Translations under genes and position numbers: made by a program | Assembly (NCBI GenBank): GCA_964007735.1 | Contig: CAXGAI010000018.1 | Span: 1 to 64,000 of the forward strand | From: an uncultured Rhodopirellula sp. | Lineage (GTDB): Bacteria; Planctomycetota; Planctomycetia; Pirellulales; Pirellulaceae | DNA length: 64,000 nucleotides | Reading direction: 5' to 3' | The notes under the pieces: model-generated | Seen by the model: the letters and a program-made list of their open reading frames with translations, nothing else | The model's database searches: none | What the model was told of the DNA's origin: nothing | Part shown: positions 20,600-30,000 of the stretch, in pieces | Layout of the letters: each line of letters begins with the position of its first letter | Numbering within the stretch: the first letter of the stretch is position 1

Positions 20600-20710
20600 G
20601 GGTTTAATTATACACAACCTGGTTTGTATACGCGTTAGGGATTTGGATGACGACGAGTCGGGGCTTACGTTAGAAGATGTTTTTCTCGACGTTTAAAAGC
20701 CAACTAGGCT

Positions 20711-21121
20711 TTAGAAAGGTATGTCATCGCTGGGCACCGCAACCATTTCTTGTTCGCTGCTAGTTTGCTGCATCAAGATTTCTGCACCACGTTGACGAAC
20801 ATCGATAAACCGGAAGTCTTCTCCCTGAACGGTAATCCGAGAGTGGAATTTACCATCTGATTCCCAACGGTTGTGCTTAAGCCGGCCTTCTAAAAGGATG
20901 GCATCACCCTTGGAGAAGTATTGAGATATCACCTCGGCCTTCTTTCCCCAAAATGTGACTTTGAAAAAATGAACTTCATCTTGCCATGTTCCGTCTTTGC
21001 CTTTGCGACGCTCGTTGACGGCTATTCCCAGGTCGATCAGACTAGTTCCACTGCTAATACATTTCAGTTCGATTTCTTTCGTGATACGTCCCATTAGGAC
21101 AACCTTGTTGAATGTTGTCAT
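20711..21121 (-). CDS. ssb: Single-stranded DNA-binding protein
   Basis: FNKVVLMGRIT, FFKVTFWGKKAE, SKGDAILLEGRL OB-fold motifs; acidic C-terminal tip DDIPF; SD AAGGA upstream. Confidence 0.93.
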   Translation of the reverse strand: MTTFNKVVLMGRITKEIELKCISSGTSLIDLGIAVNERRKGKDGTWQDEVHFFKVTFWGKKAEVISQYFSKGDAILLEGRLKHNRWESDGKFHSRITVQGEDFRFIDVRQRGAEILMQQTSSEQEMVAVPSDDIPF

Positions 21122-21251
21122 GTCGCGGTTCCTTTGTGTCTTATCCTCATCTAATCACGCGAAGCAAGTTCCATGATAAAGACGGTATTTTGTAATATCG
21201 GTTTCCTGTGAGAGTAAGAGAACGGGGGGGGCATTCGTCCGGAGAAATCCA

Positions 21252-21830
21252 TCAAAAATAAAGTTTTTTGAACGCCTTTCTAAGTGTTGTTTTTGCTTTT
21301 ATAAAACGGTCGTGAACGGTGCTTTTAGGGATCCGCAACATTACAGAGATTTCAGTGAAAGTCATACCAAGAAATACATGGGCTTCAAATATTTGACGTG
21401 AGGCGTTCGATATTTGTTCTAGTTGATCCAAGGCAAAAGTAAGCAATTCAGTCTGTTCGAATTCACTAGGCTCATCGGTGGATACCAAATGTTCGTCAAA
21501 CTGTAATACAGTTTCTAGTTTCTTTCGCTTTACGAAATCGAGCAATGTCCAACGAAAATAAATGCAGGCCGTAGCAAAGAAATGCCTCCGGTTTTTAATC
21601 CGCTTGTTCAGTAACTTCCTTAAAAGGTTTCCATAGACTTCATTGACTAAATCATCCTCATTCCATTCCCGAACTTTGGGGAATTGTTGCAATATCTTTC
21701 TTGCCGAATGTTTTAAGCGGCCCATCACCGCGACAAACAGTTGTTGCTGTGCGTCAGGGCATTGGTCCCCCACATCGCGGATCATGATGGTGATTGATCC
21801 AAAACCTGAATTTGGTTTGCTGTTCGACAT
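21252..21830 (-). CDS. ECF-type sigma-70 factor (planctomycete-type)
   Basis: SITIMI...QLF...DDLVNEVY...NRRHFFA...LLDFV region 2; GMTFTEISVMLRIPKSTVHDR region 4 HTH; 192 aa. Confidence 0.85.
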   Translation of the reverse strand: MSNSKPNSGFGSITIMIRDVGDQCPDAQQQLFVAVMGRLKHSARKILQQFPKVREWNEDDLVNEVYGNLLRKLLNKRIKNRRHFFATACIYFRWTLLDFVKRKKLETVLQFDEHLVSTDEPSEFEQTELLTFALDQLEQISNASRQIFEAHVFLGMTFTEISVMLRIPKSTVHDRFIKAKTTLRKAFKKLYF

Positions 21831-21990
21831 CCGTGCATTTTATCAATTCATGGGGCTGTCCCGTTTGCAAAAGTTTGTGGTGACATAGGGCAATGCCATT
21901 TGACGCCATTGTCCGAATTAAAAGTGTGTTAGGATGAGGGCGTCCCAAGTTTGCTTGGACGGTTTTAAGTTGTGATTTAAGGAATAGGTT

Positions 21991-22974
21991 ATGGGCGAAG
22001 AAGAGTTAACCGAGGCGGCTGATGACGCATCGTCGAAAGCGGAAATCTTAAAACCGGAAATTGGGCCCAAGGAAGTTGGCGAAGGAACTGCCCTCAATTC
22101 ACGAACCAGGCATTTGATTCAACGTAGTTTCATCTATGGTCTCTTGTTGATCTTGGTCGTCATCACCGTGAATGATTTTCGCCATCGAAAAGCGTGGGAA
22201 TTTGAATATCAGACATTGAGCGATTCTCTCATCCATAGCAAAGGGTTACCCCAGGAGACATCGTCCCCGGAACTAGTGGAAATGATGCTTTCCCGCAAAG
22301 GGGTAGATGCTTGGCTCGATGATCATGGATATACATTGTCCGAAGATAATTCGAGCCACAAACTGAGGGTCTATGCCAAGAGTTCCGGCTTCAGGCAATT
22401 CTGGTTGGTCGTAGACTATCATGTTGGGGGAACAGAGCAAGAGCCTGTATTGACAACAATTAACTTTACTCCGGAGAGTTATTATTTTTGGGAAGTACCT
22501 AGCAAGCAACCTGTACAGGTGCAGGCAAGTCGAGTTCCCTCTGATCCAGCAGCTGAAGGCGGAGGCACAACTGTTGAGGGTGGCACGCCTATGGGAGGCG
22601 GAATGGGCGTGGGCGGGTCAGGTCGTGGAGGTCGCGGGAATGGTGGCCAGCGAGGTGAAATTAATCCGGAGGAACGTTTTAATGAAATGGACACAAATGG
22701 AGACGAGACCCTAACGGACGATGAGCTTAGTGATCGCTTGCGGGATAATCTTGAGCGTTTTGACGGCGACGGCGACGGACAAATTGCAAAGAAGGAGTTT
22801 CTGGAAGCGATGGAAGCCATTCTGGCAAGGATTTCCCAGAACGGGAACCGGCAATCTCGTGATAGTGAGTCCATTGGAGCACCTGTCTCGCCGGGTGGGG
22901 GGGGGTTGTACGATGTCCCCGATGATCCTGGTGAAGAGGGGGAAGATGACGTGAATCGGTTGCCAGATGGGTAG
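21991..22974 (+). CDS. Single-pass membrane protein with Gly-rich linker and two EF-hand motifs
   Basis: TM segment FIYGLLLILVVITV; EF-hand loops DTNGDETLTDDE and DGDGDGQIAKKE; acidic tail. Confidence 0.8.
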   Translation: MGEEELTEAADDASSKAEILKPEIGPKEVGEGTALNSRTRHLIQRSFIYGLLLILVVITVNDFRHRKAWEFEYQTLSDSLIHSKGLPQETSSPELVEMMLSRKGVDAWLDDHGYTLSEDNSSHKLRVYAKSSGFRQFWLVVDYHVGGTEQEPVLTTINFTPESYYFWEVPSKQPVQVQASRVPSDPAAEGGGTTVEGGTPMGGGMGVGGSGRGGRGNGGQRGEINPEERFNEMDTNGDETLTDDELSDRLRDNLERFDGDGDGQIAKKEFLEAMEAILARISQNGNRQSRDSESIGAPVSPGGGGLYDVPDDPGEEGEDDVNRLPDG

Positions 22975-23058
22975 TTTGGAATTAAGGCAAGGATCCGAGT
23001 CTAAGATTAAAAAGGTTGGGGGATCAACGAATCATGCAGATTTCGTACTAAATTCGCT

Positions 23059-23064
23059 TATAAT
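23059..23064 (+). promoter_or_regulatory. Consensus -10 element for the Gfo/Idh/MocA gene
   Basis: TATAAT about 57 nt before an ATG that has a strong AGGAG SD; no clear -35. Confidence 0.45.
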
Positions 23065-23121
23065 GATGACAAATATATAGATAAATCCGCAGTAGGCGGA
23101 ATTCATAGAAGGAGATTATTA

Positions 23122-24459
23122 ATGAAGAAACAAAAGACACGTCGTGACTTTATCAAATCGGGTGCTATTGCAACCGGTGCGGTAGCAGCGACACCGTATT
23201 TCAATTGGTCAGCGAAGGCCTTCGCCAATCAGGAAAAAAATGATAGGCCTAATATCGGGTGTATTGGAGTGGGGAGCATGGGCTCGGGCGACGCCCGTGG
23301 TCACGCCAACTTTGGGAATATCGTAGCTGTTTGTGATGTCGACGAGCGTCACGCATTGCGAGCTAAGAATGATGGCAATATTGGTCGTGGTAAAGCGGAT
23401 GCCTACGGCGACTACCGTAAAGTTCTCGATCGGAATGATATTGATGTTGTTAGCATTGTCACTCCAGACCACTGGCACATCAAGATTGCAGTTGAAGCGT
23501 TGGAGGCTGGTAAGCACGTCTTCATCCAGAAGCCTCTGACATTGACTTTGGAAGAAAACCAATTAATTCGTCGAGCTTGTGAAAAGCATAAAGACCTTGC
23601 CTTTCTCGTTGGTACTCAGCAACGTAGTGATCGCAATAAGTTCATGCGTGCGGTCAATATGGTACAAAAAGGCCTGCTAGGCGATATTAAGCACGTAACG
23701 GTTGGTATTAACGGTTCGCCGACTGGCGGTCCGTTCCCTATCGCAGATGTTCCAAAAGAACTTAACTGGGAAATGTGGCAAGGCCAGGCTCCTGCTAAGG
23801 AATATCGTGAAAAACGTTGTCATTATCAGTTCCGCTGGTGGTACGAATACTCGGGTGGTAAGTTCACCGACTGGGGGGCTCACCATGTTGATATTGCAAT
23901 GTGGGCCTTGAATAAAAATGGTTCAAAGCAAGGGCCAGTAGAAATCGACGGTACCAATTGTGAGCATCCTGTCGAGTACAAGGATGGGCACGCCACGGTT
24001 GAGGATAGCTACAATTCCTCACATAAATTCTCGGTGATTCACAAGTTTAAAGATGGCATCACCATGGATGTAACAAGCCACGGCGACAATGGTATTACTT
24101 TTGAAGGTACCAAGGGCCGGATTTTTGTTAATCGTGGGAAAATTGTTGGTGCACCAATTGAAGAAAATTGGGATAAAGATGTATACACGGACGAAGATGT
24201 GAGCGCGCTATATAAAGGCAAGCCACATGAAGGTCATAAAAACAACTTCTATCGCTGTATTCGTGAAGGTGGTTTGACCGTGTCTGATCCGTTTAGTCAT
24301 ATTCAGGCGATGGCGGTTTGTCACTTAAGCACTATTGCTGCCCGTCTGGGTCGTAAGATTAAATGGGACCCCGCGAAAGAGAAGATTCTTGGTGATGATC
24401 AGGCAGCCTCTTTCCAGGCTCGTGAACGCCGAAAAGGTTATGATATCCTGAAGGTTTGA
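23122..24459 (+). CDS. Gfo/Idh/MocA family oxidoreductase, Tat-exported
   Basis: TRRDFIK Tat motif, IGCIGVGSMG, TPDHWH, GKHVFIQKP, VGTQQRS, DWGAHHVD. Confidence 0.95.
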   Translation: MKKQKTRRDFIKSGAIATGAVAATPYFNWSAKAFANQEKNDRPNIGCIGVGSMGSGDARGHANFGNIVAVCDVDERHALRAKNDGNIGRGKADAYGDYRKVLDRNDIDVVSIVTPDHWHIKIAVEALEAGKHVFIQKPLTLTLEENQLIRRACEKHKDLAFLVGTQQRSDRNKFMRAVNMVQKGLLGDIKHVTVGINGSPTGGPFPIADVPKELNWEMWQGQAPAKEYREKRCHYQFRWWYEYSGGKFTDWGAHHVDIAMWALNKNGSKQGPVEIDGTNCEHPVEYKDGHATVEDSYNSSHKFSVIHKFKDGITMDVTSHGDNGITFEGTKGRIFVNRGKIVGAPIEENWDKDVYTDEDVSALYKGKPHEGHKNNFYRCIREGGLTVSDPFSHIQAMAVCHLSTIAARLGRKIKWDPAKEKILGDDQAASFQARERRKGYDILKV

Positions 24460-24501
24460 TCACCTGAAAATCGCGTCGATTCGTTTATAAAGCGAAAATA
24501 G

Positions 24502-24537
24502 CGGTGTCTTTCTGATAGGGAAAGGCACCGTTTTTTT
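24502..24537 (+). terminator. Rho-independent terminator
   Basis: CGGTGTCTTTC-tgatagg-GAAAGGCACCG stem followed by T7, between convergent genes. Confidence 0.85.
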
Positions 24538-24570
24538 ACCTAACAAGACAAGTTCGCCGACGCAGTTTGG

Positions 24571-25527
24571 TTATTGCAGCGAGCCCAGCTTAAATGAAAT
24601 CTCACGTTCCGTTTTGTTGTTAGGATTGCGGACCTTTAAGATGACTTCGTCACCTGGTTTATGTGCTCGGATCGCAGCCACGTATGCATCTCGAGTCTGT
24701 ATCGGCTTGTCATCGATACTTGTAACAATAGTACCTATTGGAATTTGCGCTTTTTCCAGTGGTGAACCGGGGATGATGACTTTAATTACGACGCCAGTGG
24801 CACCGTCGGTGAGTTGTTGTAAGTAATTTGGTGGCTGTTCCCATAATTCTTCAACCGCAAATCCGGCAGAGGCTACGGAGATAGTGTGGGGGTGATCCAA
24901 TAAGTGTTTAATGGCAGACAGTGGTGCTACAAACGCGATTCCCTGCGGAGAATTATTCACGAATAGCATGGCTGATTGAAGACCGATCAGTTGTCCATGA
25001 CCGTTTACCCAGGCACCTCCCGAAGTCCCATGTGGTGAAGCGGACTGAATGTAGAATACTTCCACATAGTGTGGATTAAGGAATTCTGCAGAAATAGTCG
25101 ACTGGGCGACTGTTCCGGTAAATAGCAATCGATGTCGGAACAGAGGAGATCCAACTAAAAACGCGTTGCTGCCGACTAATGGGAGTTTGCGCGCCAGTGG
25201 TATGGCATTGTATCCGCCGTCCTTTTCGGGGAGCCTTAATAGTAAAATGTCGTGGCTTGCATCTTTGCCATAGACGGTAGCCGGTAATCGAATTTTATTC
25301 GCCAGTAAGACTTCGATTGTGATGTCTCTGGCATTGGCAACATGTGCAGCCGTCAGGACAATTCCGTCTCGGTCAATCACTGCTCCAGACCCAGATAATC
25401 TGCCGTTCACTAAAACCTCAACGGCGGCCAACTGGACGCGTTGATTTACTCGGTCTGGAGTGAGTTCGCGGCCTTGAGCAAATAACGAGTTAGTAGTTAG
25501 CAGTAGGAAAACGGCTACATAATACAT
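24571..25527 (-). CDS. Trypsin-like (S1C/HtrA-type) serine protease with PDZ domain
   Basis: SGSGAVI..VLTAAHV (His), HDILLL (Asp), HGTSGG (Ser); PDZ segment IIPGSPLEKA. ATG 25527 gives a signal peptide; the ORF track starts at 25761. Confidence 0.88.
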   Translation of the reverse strand: MYYVAVFLLLTTNSLFAQGRELTPDRVNQRVQLAAVEVLVNGRLSGSGAVIDRDGIVLTAAHVANARDITIEVLLANKIRLPATVYGKDASHDILLLRLPEKDGGYNAIPLARKLPLVGSNAFLVGSPLFRHRLLFTGTVAQSTISAEFLNPHYVEVFYIQSASPHGTSGGAWVNGHGQLIGLQSAMLFVNNSPQGIAFVAPLSAIKHLLDHPHTISVASAGFAVEELWEQPPNYLQQLTDGATGVVIKVIIPGSPLEKAQIPIGTIVTSIDDKPIQTRDAYVAAIRAHKPGDEVILKVRNPNNKTEREISFKLGSLQ

Positions 25528-25778
25528 AGTTGTTAGCGACGTTTTGAGCAAAACTAAAGAAATCCGGTAGAATATAGACTTGGCAACCACTGTAGTCTTT
25601 CCATTATAGGCAGAGCGAAGCCTACTTTCGAGGGCTAGTGTTTGACGATTGGTTGAGAGATAGGATAGTCGATGGCCGTTAATACGATACGGCGCAACTA
25701 TTAAAGGTACAAGAAGTACAGGGATTTGCTTATTTGGTAGTGACACTGTGAAGCCTACCAAGCTAGCAAGAAGTCGTT

Positions 25779-27029
25779 ATGAAGTTGTTATTATCAGCGG
25801 ACCTGCATCTGGGCAGGAAGTCGTCGAGGGTTGGAGAACGCTCCTCGCACACCGCGATCGCCTGCTGGGATCGGATGGTTACCTATGCGATTGAGCAAAA
25901 CGTCAATGCTGTTCTGCTGGCGGGAGATGTTGTCGAACAACGTAATAAGCGGTTCGAATCGTATGGGCCGTTAAACGCGGGTGTTTTGCGGCTGTCCGCA
26001 GCTGGTATTACGACGATTGCCGTTTCGGGTAATCACGATTTCGATGTCTTGCCCCAGTTAGTTGATAGCATAGACGCGGACATGTTTTTTCTGCTTGGAC
26101 GAAACGGATGGGAATCAAGAGTGTTTACATTTGGCGACCAGCGTTTGCAAATCGACGGATGGAGTTTTCCTGACAAACGCGTTCCTATTAACCCTCTCGA
26201 CAGTTATTCCACAGAAGACAATGACGTGGACTTGCATCTCGGTATGGTTCACGGTGACCTCGATGCGAGCAATAGTAAGTACGCGCCGATCACTGCGGCA
26301 AGTCTATCTAAAACCAGGGTGTCCGGGTGGCTCCTAGGACATATTCATAAGCCCGAATTACGTAATGCGGATCAACCCTGGAGTTTATACCCAGGATCCC
26401 CTCAAGCTTTCGATCCAGGAGAAGCGGGGATCCATGGCGTTTGGTTGCTTGATACAGCACAAAAATCTGAGCCTCAACTAGTTCCGTTTTCAAGTATTTG
26501 TTATTCCAGTTTTGAAATAGATATCACTCCTTGTGATGATGAGTCTATTGCTGGTTATGTAGCGAGAGAGGTCAAGGAGCATGGCGTTGAGATCGCTGAG
26601 CAGTTTTCATCGTCGTTGGGTATTGTCAGCTTGCGTCCTACAATTGTTGGCGACTGCGAACAGCCACTCACTGTGATTCAAGATCTGAAGAACCTTACGG
26701 ACTACCAAATAAATGAGGGTGGGGTGTCTATAGAAGTTGAAAAGGTGAGTTGGAATATTCGTGAAAACTTAAGGGTTGAAGATTACTTCGGACAAAAAAA
26801 TGCACTGGCTAAAGCCGTGAGATTATTACATGAGTTAGAGACGGGAGAGTATTCGTCTGGGACCTCCGAACTACTTGCAAACTTTCGCTCTCGCGGCGCG
26901 AAGTTGAGCAATAATTACGCTTCGATTATTTCGGTAGAAGATGAGCTGAATGAAGAATCCCAAAGTGAGCAATTGAAGCGGCAATTGGTAAATCTGATCT
27001 CTACGATTAGGGAACAGGCCAATGTTTGA
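25779..27029 (+). CDS. Mre11/SbcD-like (YhaO-type) metallophosphoesterase nuclease
   Basis: All five calcineurin-like motifs are present: ADLHLG, LAGD, GNHD, MVHGD, LGHIH, plus YPGSPQ. Confidence 0.9.
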   Translation: MKLLLSADLHLGRKSSRVGERSSHTAIACWDRMVTYAIEQNVNAVLLAGDVVEQRNKRFESYGPLNAGVLRLSAAGITTIAVSGNHDFDVLPQLVDSIDADMFFLLGRNGWESRVFTFGDQRLQIDGWSFPDKRVPINPLDSYSTEDNDVDLHLGMVHGDLDASNSKYAPITAASLSKTRVSGWLLGHIHKPELRNADQPWSLYPGSPQAFDPGEAGIHGVWLLDTAQKSEPQLVPFSSICYSSFEIDITPCDDESIAGYVAREVKEHGVEIAEQFSSSLGIVSLRPTIVGDCEQPLTVIQDLKNLTDYQINEGGVSIEVEKVSWNIRENLRVEDYFGQKNALAKAVRLLHELETGEYSSGTSELLANFRSRGAKLSNNYASIISVEDELNEESQSEQLKRQLVNLISTIREQANV

Positions 27030-30000
27030 TCAAAAAGTTCACCTGAAGTCATTGCGAGTCGTTCAGGCTCGCGGGATAACCCGTGACAATCAATTTCAAT
27101 TATCGGACTTGAAAAACGTTAACGTCATTTACGGACGAAATGGAGTTGGTAAAAGTACAGTCGGGCTGGCGATCTACAAACTCCTTCGGCCCTCTGATAA
27201 ATTGCTCGGCAAATCGGCAGAAGTTGGTGGTGTGGTCTGCATCGGTGGTACTACTTTGGATTTGCAGGTTTCAGTTTCGCAGGGTTACGCCAGCGTGGGG
27301 GGAGTGCAGCAGGATTATCCGGATTTCAAGTCAGCAGGCGAGCTGTCGAGGTATCGTTTGGCCTTGGAGGAATTGATCAGCGAAGATGATGTGGAGTTCG
27401 CGAAGATAATTGCGGATGAGACACGGGGAGGTTTCGATTTGCGGGCCGTGGCGAAGCGAGTCGATGCGCGGGAAAAACCACCACGTCCAGCCAAACTCGA
27501 AGCGGAGTGGAAAAACCTTCATCGTTTAGAGGAAGAACGACGGGAGCATCAAGTTGATATCGCCCGAAAAGAGAAACGGTTGGCAACACTTCGTGAAGAC
27601 CGAGCGGGCTTGCGTGAAACTCTAGACTTGCAAGATGCACTGAAAGCGGCTCGATCGGCTCAAAAATATAAAGTCCGATTAAATGAACTTCACCGCGAGT
27701 TGGGTGAGTTTCCGGAGACCATCGGGCGTTTATCCGGAGGGGAGGCAGAGAACCTTTCGGAACTGCAAATGCAGGTTGCGAAGACGCAGTCGGAAGTGGA
27801 ACGTTGTAAAGACACTGAAGAGGCTATGCGAGAAGAATTTGAGGCACTCAAATACCTTGAGTCAGTGACTCGACTTGATTTGTCTCGGCTGGAGGAATTA
27901 CAGACTCAATTTACGGAAACGCAACGGCAACTTGAAACGGTTCGAAGTCAACGAGCGTCGCTTGAGGCTGAGATGTGTGCGTTGGCCTCAGCTTTCACGG
28001 GAGGTGATTCGCCTGAAGAGTTTAGCGATCAATTGGGGGATATCGATTTGAGCGAATTAGATACGGTTTACCCCAATTACGTCCGGAAGCAGCAACAGGT
28101 ATGGGCGGCAGAAGGAACGTTAAATCATCTTCAAACCGAGGTTCCAAAAGATATCGGTGCCGAAGAATTAAAGTTGCGGTATCACCGTTTGCAGGACTGG
28201 TGCGGTGCGGTGGACGAGGTTCAGCACAAACCGGTAGCCAATAAGTTAACAATCGCATCGTCTATTGTGATGTTCGTTTGGGCATTGGTTTTAGGTAGCA
28301 CGGTGTCTCCGTATTGGTTTGGAGCGTTATTGGCTCCACTCATTTTCTACATCTTGTATAGAAGGGTAATGCGAGGCAGTGAGCATAGGTATCCTACACG
28401 TCAACAACTCGAGGCGGCAGAGGCTTTGCGCTATCCTGAATTGACGGAATGGTCGTCGGAAAATGTGCAGACACTGATGGCAAGTTTGTCAGACCAAATT
28501 CAAGAAACCGTATTGAATCAACGGAAGTATCAACGATATAAGCGTGCTCAGGAAAATCTGCAGGCCGATCAACGGCAATTCGAAGATGCGAAGAATACGT
28601 TGGCCGATGCCGCTGCCAGATTTGGAATCGATCTCACGGGACTCGACTCTGAGCAAAAGCTGCTTCGATTGATGAATAGTCTGGTTCATTGGAAAGCGGC
28701 CTCAGCGAAACTTTCAGGTGTTAAAGCAACGTTGATAGAGCTTGAGGGATTCATCGAATCTACGAAGGATTTAATCTTTCGGGAATTAGAGGCGTTTCAG
28801 GTTGATGTGGGCGACAGTACAACTTCGTATCGCGCGGAAGTTAGTGAGGCAGCGGTACGTTTGGCAGACTTTCATGACGCTCAGCATAGATTGGTATCGG
28901 CTGGGAGAGCAACGGACTTGGCAAAGTCCGGCGTTAAGCAGGCCCAAGCACAGGTTGAAGTTTTGCTGAAAAAACTTGGTTCCGCTAGTCTGACCGTATC
29001 CGCATTGGAAGAGTTGGAAGAACAGCGTGCCGACTATGAGTTGCTTCGGCAGCAGCGTTCTGAAGCAGATACGCTTCTGCGAGAGGCGCAGATGACTATT
29101 GATTCATGCCCTCAGGTTAAACTGTTGAACGCAACGCAAATCGACGAACATCTTGACGAATGTGACACCGCCCAAGAGAGGCTTCAACTAATAACCGAGC
29201 AGATACAGGAGGTTCATACGGAGATTGGAGTCATTCAACAAGGGACGGCTTTGGCTGATGCGATGGCAGATAAAGACGAGAAGGGGTTCGAATTACGCGA
29301 ACATTTCCATGATGCTTTAGACGGCCTCGCCGCATATTGTTTGGTTGATTATCTAGTAAAAGAGACCGAAGGCGAAAATGCATCTTTGGTGTTTGAAAAG
29401 GCAGCAGCTAATTTACACCGGATTACCGGTGGAAAAATGACGCTAGATGTGGTGGTGAATGAAGAAGGCGAAGAATTTGTCATTTCAGACGCAATTGGCG
29501 TGAGGCGGGGCTTGGAGGCATTGTCCGTCGGTGAGCGGGTGCAGGTGCTTCTGGCAGTTCGTCTGGCTTTTTTGAGCACAGGAGAAACGTCGGCGTTACC
29601 AATTGTTGTAGATGAGGCCTTAGGTACAGCCGATGATGACCGAGCGCATGAAATGATTGAATCGTTCGTGAAATTAGCTCTGGACGGTAGGCAAGTATTT
29701 TATTTCACAGCCCAAACGGATGAAGTTGAGAAATGGCAGGCCGTGCTCTCTCGACATGAAGGTTTAGATGGGAAATTCATCGATTTAGACGAGATGCGAA
29801 GTCGGACACCAAATGATAACCTAGACCACACGTTAGCTTTTGTTGAACGGAATACCGTACCAGAGCCCTCCGGAATGTCCCATGCGGAGTATGGGAAAAT
29901 GCTAGGCATTAGTCTGCCAGGAGCCCGTGAATTCAGCTTCAGTTCTCTAACATTATGGGCAGTGCTTGATGATGTTGATGATCTCTATGGCTGTTGGTTA

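Noticed and set aside
22897..22905. G9 run in the EF-hand gene as a phase-variation site (similar G9 at 42287-42295)
   Set aside because: Both runs are in frame and explained by Gly or Pro codons. There is no evidence of slippage from a single sequence.
25528..25761. 78-aa N-terminal extension of the serine protease
   Set aside because: It would fill the whole divergent promoter gap. ATG 25527 gives a normal signal peptide with a TATAAT at 25603-25608 upstream.
25734..25761. Inverted repeat TTGGTAG-N14-CTACCAA just before the nuclease gene
   Set aside because: It has only 7-bp arms and a single occurrence, so it cannot be told from chance.
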